Source: a virus (lineage: Duplodnaviria > Caudoviricetes). From it: 31,973 nucleotides of DNA. The position numbers and the translations under genes are program-made. The notes under the pieces were generated by a model. It worked only from the letters and a program-made list of their open reading frames with translations, was not told where the DNA came from and did no database searches. The DNA lies in IMG/VR virus record IMGVR_UViG_3300029179_000018, positions 1 through 31,973 of that record; one strand, given 5' to 3'. Positions 23,417 through 31,973 of this stretch are shown here, in pieces; the first letter of the stretch is position 1; every line of letters begins with the position of its first letter.

Positions 23417-25665
23417 TTACCCGTCAGCAAATAATTGAAGAATCCGCTATCAAAGCCCCCTATGAGATGGGCGAGGGTTTCATATTTGCTGCCAATAACG
23501 CGGAGAAGTTAATAACCCAAATGCGGGCTATGGGTAGTTCAGGGGCTAGTCCGTCTAAACTGGCTAAGGAGACAGAGCAACTGACATCGGCACAAAACGA
23601 ACTTGAAAAGATTCAGAAACAGCTCGCTGCCGCACATGCCAAGCAGACGGACGAAATAATTAAGCAACAGCGAGAACTAATTAAAGACAAAGAAGCAATA
23701 AAGCAAAAGATTGCCCTTGGTGAACGTGACGCGAAAACCGTTAAGGCACAATCTGCCAGTATAGAACAACTTAAGGCCGCATTGCAAGCAAATCAAAAGG
23801 CGTATAACCGTCTTACCACCGAGGAAGAGCGCAATAGCAAAACCGGGCAAGAACTTCTTGCGATCATCACTGAGCAAAAGTCAGAATACGACAGGCTCCG
23901 CAAAACAAGTGGCCAGTATACCGATGCAATGGGTGAACTGCGTAATGAATTAAAAGCCGCCCGCGGTGAAATGGTAAGCATTGCCGAGACCCTTGGTCAA
24001 AGCTCAAAAGAGTACCAGGAAGCTGCCAAACGTGCGGGTGAAATCGCAGACCGGATTCAGGACGCAAAGGACGAGGCTAAGGCATTTCAGGGTGATACTG
24101 CCATCGAGAATTTAGGCACTCGTTTCGGAATGCTGACCGATAAGGTGCGCACACTTGATTTCCGTGGTGCGGGTGTTCAACTTCAGGGCATAGCAGAAAT
24201 CAGTCGGCAGATGACATTTAAAGAAGCCATTGCCGGGCTTAGTGGTTTCGGTAGCTCACTGGCAACGTTAGGCCGAGCATTGCTAACCAATCCCCTTTTC
24301 TGGATAGCTGGTGCCTTGGCTACCGCAGTAGTAGCATTCAACTATTTCAGTTCACAAGCGGAGAAGGCAAGCCAAAAGGCTATTGACAGATCGAAGCGTG
24401 AAATGGATGCTTTGACAGAGCGGTATGATCACGAAATCAGGCTAATGGAGATTGCGGGTAAGCAGACGTTTGAACTTCAAAAGATTAAGCAAAGAGAAAT
24501 TATACGATCAGCAGATCAGGCAATAAAGACATCTGGTGATGTGACCAAGTTCGATTTATTGCAATCCATACTTCAAAGAAGCTACGTGCGCACGGTAAGC
24601 GATGACAAGGTATCGGCCATAAAGGAAATATACGATAGCCGCAAAAAAGCGCAGCGAGAACTTGAAATTATTGATGCCGAGGAGGCCGCATTTACATCTA
24701 AAAAACAAGAGGAGACTACTAAGAAAATTCAGGAAGAAATTGACAAAAGGATAGAAGCAGCTATTCAGGCTGATATTAGAAAAGCAGATTTAGAAATTCA
24801 GGCACGCATTAGGCAACAGCAAGAACTTGATCAAACCATAAAGAACCTCGATACCGCCAAAACATGGGAGGAACAGGTTCAGGAATCAATTAACGCATAC
24901 GGACAAGAGCAGACAGATAAGTTTTTGAGCATGTCAGAGTTGCGAGAAAAAAGACTTAACGAAGAAATAACCACATCGCAAGCCCTTATAAACGATCTAT
25001 CAAATGTTATCATAAACGCGGCAGTTGATAACGACAATTTCCTAAAGTCACTTAGTAAGCAGTTTTTGATTTTCTCACTTAACCAAATTGAGAAACAACT
25101 GCTTGCCGTTCAGGCCGAAACTATCGCGAAAGCCACCGCACAGGCATTGGCTCAACACGATTCTGTTGCAACATTTGGGGCCAGCGGTCTTGCCCGTGCC
25201 CTAATTATAACTGGCTTGATTAAAGCCGGATTTACGATTGCTAAACAGCAGATTGCACGATTTGAAGTAGGCACACAATCCGCCCCTGGGGGCCTTGCCT
25301 TTGTTGGCGAAGCAGGTACCGAATTGATCAAAACCCCATCGGGCCGCATGGTTTTAAGCCCCGATACGGCCACACTGGCCAACCTACCTAAAGGGTCTAA
25401 AGTATTTCCGCATGAAGAAACCATGCGCATGATAGCCTTAAACGGTCTTGATGGAGGCAACATGATGAGCAGCAATGAGCAAAACCTGTTGTTCCTCGGC
25501 CAAATATTTGAGAAGGCCAGCGACAAAAGCACGGCTAAAATCATTGATGCGTTGGGCAAGAATAAGCCCGGCAACCTGTATCGCCAGGGTTCACTTGTGT
25601 ACGAGGCCCAGGAAGATGCCAACCGTAACCGAAAACTAATCAGACGTAGTTCGTTAAGCAGATGA
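23413..25665 (+). CDS. Tape measure protein (750 aa)
   Basis: Long Ala/Glu/Lys/Gln-rich helical protein with a hydrophobic LLTNPLFWIAGALATAVVAF segment and C-terminal FEVGT...AFVGEAGTELI. Confidence 0.9.
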   Translation: MITRQQIIEESAIKAPYEMGEGFIFAANNAEKLITQMRAMGSSGASPSKLAKETEQLTSAQNELEKIQKQLAAAHAKQTDEIIKQQRELIKDKEAIKQKIALGERDAKTVKAQSASIEQLKAALQANQKAYNRLTTEEERNSKTGQELLAIITEQKSEYDRLRKTSGQYTDAMGELRNELKAARGEMVSIAETLGQSSKEYQEAAKRAGEIADRIQDAKDEAKAFQGDTAIENLGTRFGMLTDKVRTLDFRGAGVQLQGIAEISRQMTFKEAIAGLSGFGSSLATLGRALLTNPLFWIAGALATAVVAFNYFSSQAEKASQKAIDRSKREMDALTERYDHEIRLMEIAGKQTFELQKIKQREIIRSADQAIKTSGDVTKFDLLQSILQRSYVRTVSDDKVSAIKEIYDSRKKAQRELEIIDAEEAAFTSKKQEETTKKIQEEIDKRIEAAIQADIRKADLEIQARIRQQQELDQTIKNLDTAKTWEEQVQESINAYGQEQTDKFLSMSELREKRLNEEITTSQALINDLSNVIINAAVDNDNFLKSLSKQFLIFSLNQIEKQLLAVQAETIAKATAQALAQHDSVATFGASGLARALIITGLIKAGFTIAKQQIARFEVGTQSAPGGLAFVGEAGTELIKTPSGRMVLSPDTATLANLPKGSKVFPHEETMRMIALNGLDGGNMMSSNEQNLLFLGQIFEKASDKSTAKIIDALGKNKPGNLYRQGSLVYEAQEDANRNRKLIRRSSLSR

Positions 25666-27821
25666 CCCCGGCATTACGCACTACATATTACCATAGCAGC
25701 CTGCCCGGTGGCCAGTTGGTGGTTAAGAATCCGATTGGATGGCAAGAAATTACTATTTCGCTTGACCGCGACCCGGATTTTCATTCGTTGGTAGAATATT
25801 TTAAAGGTGACTTTGGCTGGTATGGCAGCGCCAGAACAACACTAAAGGCAATCGAAAACGCCTCCGGGCTAAACACAGAGGTTCGGGTAGTACTTGAGGT
25901 GAGCTTTAAGGAAGGCGTTTGGAAGTTATTGCATGATGGGCTGATGAAGCTGTCGCAGATCGAGGAGATTTACAAAGGCACCCGACCATACAAAGCCTTG
26001 TGCCCCATTACGCGCGATGACTTTTGGAGCAAGTTTATGAACCGGAAAGACAATCCGGTTAACCTTGAAGGCACGACAGATTTAGATGGTGGCACGCGGT
26101 CGGCAGTTGCTAAGACAACTGTATTGATGCGCGGGCAGACTATTAGAAAAAGAACGTTTGGAAAGCGTGATAATAACTTTAGCCCTGCCGTATTCAGAAG
26201 CAAATCGCGCATTTACGCACAGGGAAATTACTATCTCGATAATATAAATGAGGACAGTGGGGACTTTGCGTCATACGAATACATTGGAACTGATGAGCCA
26301 ACGGTTAATAATTACTTTGGCCTTAATGTAAATCAATCCAGTCAGGGTGATTATACTGCCGAGGTTCAACATAAAGTCAAACTAAAACTGGATGCCATTG
26401 GGTTATTTTTTAACGATGATACGGTCACCTGGGATCATGTTATAAAACTCGTTCGTACCAACGGGACAATAGAAACAAGAACCAAAAACATACTTAACGC
26501 TGCCGTTATTGGTACGGGTGGAGGTTCTTCAAATTATGATAGTGGATACCAGACGTTTACACACAATGAATCATTCACCGGGGTAACCGTTGGTGATAAG
26601 TTTTACTCATACTTCACTTGGTTGGTAACTGATGCCAACGTTCAGGCTGCTAATATTGATAACTCGTTGCAATTTGACGGCAGTTATACTAATCAGTATT
26701 TCCAAACTTCAGCGTTAACAAATTTTATAAACACATCCACCGATGCCTACCTGCTCAAGGATGCTGCTGAAGCCATTATCAGCAAGTATGTAGGGGCTGA
26801 TAACGTTGTTACTTCAACCAAGTTCACCAATACTACATTTAACCGCAATGCAACGTTCAGAGGTAAGCATAATCGCGGGTTCTCTTTTTCACAGAAGGAA
26901 TTTTCGCTGTCATTGAAAGATTGGTGGGAAGCGTTTGAGCCAGCCTTTAACCTATCATTAGGCTATACTAAAGTAGCAGGTGTCAATAAAATATTCATCG
27001 AAGATAAGTCCTTTGTTTACAATCCAACACCAGTTGTTAACCTCCCCTACTGCGATAACCTGGTCAGGCGATACGACTTAGAGCGTTACTTTAAATCCAT
27101 AGAAATAGGTTACAAGAAATGGAGTGCCGAAAGCAATTCCGGTATTGACGACCCCCAAACAAAGCAAACCCGCAACAGTGGGTTAAAAACCTTTGGCAAG
27201 GATGAAAAGATACTCAGTGAAGCTATTACGGCAGCCCTGGCTATTGAACGGAGTCGGAGGAACCGTGTAGAGCAAGGCAACGACGACCGCCTTGACGAGG
27301 ACTTAATGTTGGTTTCAGTGATACCGGATGGCGGCAACTGGCAGCTTGAGTTCGATGAGAACTTTGACACGATTACCAATGTGCTGAACCCAACCAAGCG
27401 GGCCAATCTACGGCATACGGTCATGCGTTTATTCAGGCGCTGGGCCAACTACCTTAATCCTTCACTGAATGCCGGTCAACCTTTTACGTTTGGCCGTGGA
27501 GAAGGAAACTATGACGTAACCACCCGGTTAAAACCAACCGACTACGAAGCAACGGCCAACCCGGATCCATTGGTGGACGAAAAAGCATCGGTAAACTCGG
27601 CATCATCACCCCGTCTTTGGGAGCCAAAGATTTACGTTCATGAAAATTATGCCATGAGTTTTGCCACCTATGAGCAAATCAGGGATAACCGTAATAATGC
27701 CCTGGGGATATCGCTATCGAATAGCGGTTTCGTGCCCATGCATATTCTCAATTTAGACTATCAGGTTTTTAAAGGAAAAGCTAACCTAACCTTACTGCAA
27801 GCCACCAATGCCACGATATGA
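25662..27821 (+). CDS. Tail tip/hub structural protein
   Basis: Follows the tape measure gene with ATGA overlap; beta-rich; NPIGW...R and IEIGY motifs. Confidence 0.7.
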   Translation: MTPALRTTYYHSSLPGGQLVVKNPIGWQEITISLDRDPDFHSLVEYFKGDFGWYGSARTTLKAIENASGLNTEVRVVLEVSFKEGVWKLLHDGLMKLSQIEEIYKGTRPYKALCPITRDDFWSKFMNRKDNPVNLEGTTDLDGGTRSAVAKTTVLMRGQTIRKRTFGKRDNNFSPAVFRSKSRIYAQGNYYLDNINEDSGDFASYEYIGTDEPTVNNYFGLNVNQSSQGDYTAEVQHKVKLKLDAIGLFFNDDTVTWDHVIKLVRTNGTIETRTKNILNAAVIGTGGGSSNYDSGYQTFTHNESFTGVTVGDKFYSYFTWLVTDANVQAANIDNSLQFDGSYTNQYFQTSALTNFINTSTDAYLLKDAAEAIISKYVGADNVVTSTKFTNTTFNRNATFRGKHNRGFSFSQKEFSLSLKDWWEAFEPAFNLSLGYTKVAGVNKIFIEDKSFVYNPTPVVNLPYCDNLVRRYDLERYFKSIEIGYKKWSAESNSGIDDPQTKQTRNSGLKTFGKDEKILSEAITAALAIERSRRNRVEQGNDDRLDEDLMLVSVIPDGGNWQLEFDENFDTITNVLNPTKRANLRHTVMRLFRRWANYLNPSLNAGQPFTFGRGEGNYDVTTRLKPTDYEATANPDPLVDEKASVNSASSPRLWEPKIYVHENYAMSFATYEQIRDNRNNALGISLSNSGFVPMHILNLDYQVFKGKANLTLLQATNATI

Positions 27822-29524
27822 AGAAAATACTGCTATTATTTATGATTCTCTCGTCTTGCGTGTGCGAGCCGGAAGAAAAACCAATATTAAACTGCTTTAA
27901 GATGATCAGGATTTCAGATGCCAACCCTATTCAGTTTTGGATAAACGGAGTAATCAGCTTCAACAACAAAGAAGAAGCTGGAGTTAATCACGTTTGTTTT
28001 GAACAGCCCTTTAACTGTACGGATGACATAAAGATTCAGGTTAAAGATGATGCAGGGAAAACATTGTTTATATCCATCACTGACAGTGATAACGTTGAAC
28101 TTCAAACATTAGGTTTCTCTGAGGTATCTACGGGGGTTTATCAGCTAACCTTCAAGCCAAGTTCGCTGAATATTTGCCAGAAAGTAAAAATAAAAATCAA
28201 AGACGGTTCATTTGGAGCGCCTCAAATTGGCAGTATTGCAGACCTTATTTGGAATAAAAATGTATTCGGCAATGGCGTTTTTGTTGCTGTTGCCAGCTCG
28301 GGCACAGGCCAGCGCGCGGCAACATCAGCAGATGGGTTAACCTGGACTTTACGCAACACACCGGCAAACAACAACTGGTCATCCGTAGCCTTTGGCAATG
28401 GGCTATTTGTTGCTGTTTCTACCGATGGTACTAACCGGGTAATGACATCCCCGGATGGGATTACCTGGACGGCCAGAAACTGCCCGGCTTCGTCTTGGTT
28501 TGCGGTGACTTATGGAGGTGGCAAATTTGTAGCGGTGTCATTGGCTGGTGCTGCCATGTATTCAACGGATGGGATTACCTGGACACTTGGCACGGCCCCA
28601 ACGGAAACTTGGTATTCAGTAACATACGGGGCTGGTAAATTCGTATCCATTGCAAACAATGGTGCCACCATGTACTCGGCTGATGGTATTACGTGGACGG
28701 GTGGTTATGAAGATAATGATGGTATTTGGAATGACATAACCTATGGTAATGGCCTATTTGTCATTGTGGGCGAACGACTTACTGCAGGAGTGGCCCTATA
28801 TTCTACGGATGGTATCAACTTTACCCGCGTAAACACACCAAACAATCGCAAATTCAGATCAGTTGCGTTTGGCGCTAATCACTTTATAGCAGTTACAAAT
28901 ATATCTGGACAAGGTGAGTTTTACCAAAGGTCAACTGATGGAGTAATTTGGGTCGAGTCAAACAACCTTAATGATCGTGGATGGACAAGTGTTTGTTTTG
29001 GTAACAACCGATTTAGCTGCGTGGGGCCGGATTCTTTTGTTACTCAAAAGGCTTCAATTATTCCCTTTACTGTTGGGGCGGAGCTTGCTTATACTGACAC
29101 CATTTATTTTGCCGAATCACATGCTAAGACAAGACTGATAGAATATACCAACCCTATCGACTACGCTGGTTTGGTTTACGAAGGAGTTTCTCCTATGCCA
29201 GTATTTGGTATCCGTGTCAAATCTAAGTTTTACGAACAACGATTCCCGGAAGAAAATGAAAGCGAGCCAGATGGAGGGGGCAACGTAGACAAGCTCTCAA
29301 GTGAAACGCGCGTTCAACGCCTTTTGGAGATAGACCCTTTGCCGCCACACATGCACAAGAAGCTAAAGTTAGCCTTGCAACACGGCACCATTACTATTGA
29401 TGGTGAGCAATGGGTAAAAGAGGAGGCTTACGAAACCGAACCCGTAGCGCCTAAAAACCCCTTCTTTAAAGGTAAGGTTTGGTTAACACTTAAGGATGGA
29501 AACCACTTTATTAACGTGACATGA
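27818..29524 (+). CDS. Tail protein with a beta-propeller (Asp-box-like) insert and a lipoprotein-like N-terminus
   Basis: Six S-x-D-G-x-x-W/F repeats alternating with (F/Y)G(N/G/A)GxFV; N-terminus MKKILLLFMILSSC. Confidence 0.8.
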   Translation: MKKILLLFMILSSCVCEPEEKPILNCFKMIRISDANPIQFWINGVISFNNKEEAGVNHVCFEQPFNCTDDIKIQVKDDAGKTLFISITDSDNVELQTLGFSEVSTGVYQLTFKPSSLNICQKVKIKIKDGSFGAPQIGSIADLIWNKNVFGNGVFVAVASSGTGQRAATSADGLTWTLRNTPANNNWSSVAFGNGLFVAVSTDGTNRVMTSPDGITWTARNCPASSWFAVTYGGGKFVAVSLAGAAMYSTDGITWTLGTAPTETWYSVTYGAGKFVSIANNGATMYSADGITWTGGYEDNDGIWNDITYGNGLFVIVGERLTAGVALYSTDGINFTRVNTPNNRKFRSVAFGANHFIAVTNISGQGEFYQRSTDGVIWVESNNLNDRGWTSVCFGNNRFSCVGPDSFVTQKASIIPFTVGAELAYTDTIYFAESHAKTRLIEYTNPIDYAGLVYEGVSPMPVFGIRVKSKFYEQRFPEENESEPDGGGNVDKLSSETRVQRLLEIDPLPPHMHKKLKLALQHGTITIDGEQWVKEEAYETEPVAPKNPFFKGKVWLTLKDGNHFINVT

Positions 29525-29766
29525 TAGACAAAATTATAGGATGGCTGAACAAAATTGACTTGTTGTACTACGCAACAGGCTTTGCCATCATCACGGTGTT
29601 TATGACCATGAGCTACGTGGTGATGTTTATGACGGTACCCGAAGAAAACAAGGAGGCATTTGCCCACTTGCGGGGTATGATTGACGGAGCATTTGTAACC
29701 GGATTAGTAGGTTACTACTTCGTGAAGTCAAAAAAACAGGATAACGAACCTCCAAAAGAAGTATGA
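29521..29766 (+). CDS. Holin-like 2-TM membrane protein
   Basis: TM-VPEENKE-TM-GYYF followed by a charged tail. Confidence 0.6.
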   Translation: MIDKIIGWLNKIDLLYYATGFAIITVFMTMSYVVMFMTVPEENKEAFAHLRGMIDGAFVTGLVGYYFVKSKKQDNEPPKEV

Positions 29767-31322
29767 AAGCCGCAATAAAACATCTTTTGATGAATCAATC
29801 GCAGGCGGCTTTTGACCCTATGGGGTTATCGCCATTCTTTGGTTTTGATGCTAGTAAGGTTGACTATGCCAGTACTGTTGACAACATGCCCACCCCTGCA
29901 ACGGTGAAGGATCGAAGGGGAAAGATTGTCAATTCAGCAAATGCACTCACGGGGCAAGCCATAATAGTGGGTGGCACGGTAGCAACAAGGCCCATACACA
30001 ACGGGGAGGGCTGGCTTTTTAAAACCACTTGCGAAGCTACAACGGGCAGCGTATCGGATTACAATTTCATTCATAACGGTAGTGATTTCGACATATTTCT
30101 AGCCTATCATCAAATGCCTGCTTCGGCAGGGAACACGCGGGCAATTTTGAATAACAACGGGTTCAGCAACACAGCACGGGGTATTCTTCTTTACTATGAT
30201 AACACGAGCAGCTTGAATGCGCTGAAACTACGGATTGGAAACGGAACAGTAGGCGTAATCAGCCGGGATGCCAATAACGTACTACCTCAAAACCAACTTC
30301 ATAAAATCAGGGTTAACAAATCCGGCAACACAGTAACTGTTTATGTGAATGGCGTGCAGGTAGCCCAGCAGACAAACACCGGGTGGAATACGGGTGATGC
30401 GGTACAAATCATGGACATATTCAGCCTTGCGGCCGCCACCGCTCGGGGCTGGCTTAACGACCTGTGGGTGTTTAACCGAAGCCTGAACACCACCGAGGCC
30501 GCACAGATGGATGGCCGCACGGTAACGCAAATAGCCGTTACCGCAATTGATGCTGACGCGATATTTGGAGACAGTAACACCGAAGGTCAGGCACCCAATG
30601 CCGGAATCGCAAGTGAGCTAAACGGCACCCACAATACATTGATGTTCAATATGGCCACGGCCGTAGTGGCTAACTCTGATTATATCGAGAGGTTGCAACT
30701 GGCCAAGAATAATAAGTTAGGTTACCAGGTACTGACACAGCACGGCATGGAAATGCGGAGGGGCTTTACAAAAGCAAATAGCACCTACACCAATGCTATT
30801 TTCAAGTTTGGCCAGGGCAGTACAGATTCCCTCGAATGGTTTTCCGGAACTACTGGCACTCGCTGCCTCAACGCATTAGCCGAGTTTTACGCCTTGATGA
30901 TTGCCACGCATAGGCGCAAGCCCGTGTTCAAGTCAATTACCTTACTGCATGGGGCCAATGACTGCCAGGTGGGCGAAGGGGGAAGCTACGAAACTCGCAT
31001 GGCTGATTTCATTAATAGGTTTGTCAATCAGATTACCACCTCGGCCACGCTTCACGGCCAAACCGGATCCGTTGATGTTAAGCTATTCTTCCCCCGCACG
31101 CGTAGCGGTGGAGCTGGCTTTGATGCCACCGCTTACAACCTGGTTGTAACAGCCCAAACCAACATGGGCAACGGCAGCGTGGAGACGGCCTTCCCGGCTA
31201 TTGATCCGGTCGTTCGTGGTAACTTTGGGTTTAGCACTGAAGCCTACGCAACCATCGACACGATACACTATGATTCGGCTGCTTATACGAGCATTGCCGG
31301 AGTAATTGAAAGCAACTATTAA
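29763..31322 (+). CDS. LamG/concanavalin-like domain plus SGNH hydrolase (acetylesterase-like), putative virion protein
   Basis: TVYVNGVQV and WVFNRSL (LamG); SGNH blocks GDSN, GQGST, HGAND and DTIH. Confidence 0.82.
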   Translation: MKAAIKHLLMNQSQAAFDPMGLSPFFGFDASKVDYASTVDNMPTPATVKDRRGKIVNSANALTGQAIIVGGTVATRPIHNGEGWLFKTTCEATTGSVSDYNFIHNGSDFDIFLAYHQMPASAGNTRAILNNNGFSNTARGILLYYDNTSSLNALKLRIGNGTVGVISRDANNVLPQNQLHKIRVNKSGNTVTVYVNGVQVAQQTNTGWNTGDAVQIMDIFSLAAATARGWLNDLWVFNRSLNTTEAAQMDGRTVTQIAVTAIDADAIFGDSNTEGQAPNAGIASELNGTHNTLMFNMATAVVANSDYIERLQLAKNNKLGYQVLTQHGMEMRRGFTKANSTYTNAIFKFGQGSTDSLEWFSGTTGTRCLNALAEFYALMIATHRRKPVFKSITLLHGANDCQVGEGGSYETRMADFINRFVNQITTSATLHGQTGSVDVKLFFPRTRSGGAGFDATAYNLVVTAQTNMGNGSVETAFPAIDPVVRGNFGFSTEAYATIDTIHYDSAAYTSIAGVIESNY

Positions 31323-31334
31323 ACCCATAAAACC

Positions 31335-31427
31335 ATGTCAAAAAAGAAAGCTAAGAAGCCCCGCAAAAAGAAGGTGAGCACGGCCGATACGGTGAACCCG
31401 GACCCGCCCCCACCCAAGAAGCCGTAA
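31335..31427 (+). CDS. 30-aa Lys/Pro-rich peptide, not in the ORF track
   Basis: MSKKKAKKPRKKKVSTADTVNPDPPPPKKP*; A-rich leader, and its stop directly abuts the next ATG. Confidence 0.6.
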   Translation: MSKKKAKKPRKKKVSTADTVNPDPPPPKKP

Positions 31428-31781
31428 ATGAAAACTAGGCTTATGATATTGATTGTGTTGGGTGCGGCCTACGTGCTTAACTCGGTCGTGCTTAAAAAGG
31501 TATATCCACTTGTGAGCGATAGCTGGGATCAATACGTATCGTTTGTTGCCACCCGCAACATCGTTTACGAGTGGATGTTCGCGTTTTTCTTCCTGCTGGT
31601 ATTTCTATCCACCCATAAACTGGTAAGGGCTGTGGCCTGTTTTTTTATGGTGCTGGCTTTCGGCAGCGTGGTGGATAAAACTTTTTTCGGCATCACCTGG
31701 TATTTAGTGAGTGATGTGTTGCTGGTAGTGGTGGCCTTATTGTTATCAATTTACGTTTATGTTCGAGAAAATAAACGATGA
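31428..31781 (+). CDS. Multi-pass membrane protein (about 4 TM)
   Basis: Four hydrophobic segments. Confidence 0.75.
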   Translation: MKTRLMILIVLGAAYVLNSVVLKKVYPLVSDSWDQYVSFVATRNIVYEWMFAFFFLLVFLSTHKLVRAVACFFMVLAFGSVVDKTFFGITWYLVSDVLLVVVALLLSIYVYVRENKR

Positions 31782-31956
31782 GGTTCAAACCTGGGTGCAT
31801 AAAATTATTATACCGGCACTGGTGGCGGTTTCCATCAAGTTGGCCATACAGGCCGGGCAGAAGAAACTAACGATTTTCCAGGTTGTTGCCTCCTTTATTA
31901 CTGGTGTAGGTAGCGCATATCTGTGTGGCAGTTATGTAATGGCCCACATTTCAAAT
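31759..31956 (+). CDS. Holin-like membrane protein, 3'-truncated
   Basis: MFEKINDEVQTWVHKIIIPALVAVSIKLAIQAGQKKLTIFQVVASFITGVGSAYLCG... runs into the adapter. Confidence 0.55.
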
Positions 31957-31973
31957 GATCGTGACTGGGAAAC
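31957..31973 (-). other. Random-amplification primer, library artefact
   Basis: GATCGTGACTGGGAAAC is the reverse complement of 1..17 and interrupts a holin-like ORF. Confidence 0.9.

Larger units (their letters stand above)
18..31956. mobile_element. Temperate tailed bacteriophage genome fragment in non-integrated form (intact attP), likely Bacteroidota host
   Basis: Head and tail module, integrase, repressor and replication genes are present, with phage genes on both sides of the tRNA-derived att core. Confidence 0.93.

Noticed and set aside
25662-31322. Diversity-generating retroelement acting on tail genes
   Set aside because: I saw no reverse transcriptase and no template/variable repeat pair in the window; one could lie outside it.
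1-31973. Perfect 17-bp terminal inverted repeat suggesting a linear genome or transposon ends
   Set aside because: It matches the GTTTCCCAGTCACGATC random-amplification primer and cuts through ORFs at both ends, so it is a library artefact.

Overview
This window is a 32-kb fragment of a temperate, probably siphovirus-like tailed phage. The host is most likely Bacteroidota, judging by TAnnTTTG-type promoters, a Bacteroidota-style tRNA-Thr att core and integrase, and an A-x-A|Q signal peptide. Both ends carry the 17-nt random-amplification primer GTTTCCCAGTCACGATC, so it is a virome-library contig truncated at both ends. The left arm (minus strand, about 18-9521) holds early genes: a DUF1376/YdaU-like replication initiator, a DNA methyltransferase, a stand-alone DnaA-C domain, a RecE-like nuclease with a Sak/Rad52-like annealase, an HNH-like gene and a Cro-position gene. 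The centre holds an XRE repressor, small accessory genes, a tyrosine integrase and an intact attP (3' half of tRNA-Thr(UGU)). The right arm (plus strand) runs TerS, TerL, portal, protease, HK97-type capsid, connector, tail tube, tape measure, tail proteins, a LamG+SGNH esterase and holin-like genes. Four things stand out. (1) At 275-1420 there is an array of integron-attC-like palindromes that follow cassette R'/R'' logic; genes sit inside the hairpin loops and two are translated through the putative recombination core. (2) Several virion genes carry N-terminal membrane or secretion signals. (3) A relic catalytic tail of a second integrase allele follows the integrase. (4) A small winged-HTH gene is followed by 10-bp tandem repeats just upstream of the portal. 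All family calls come from motif recognition by eye; no database searches were run.
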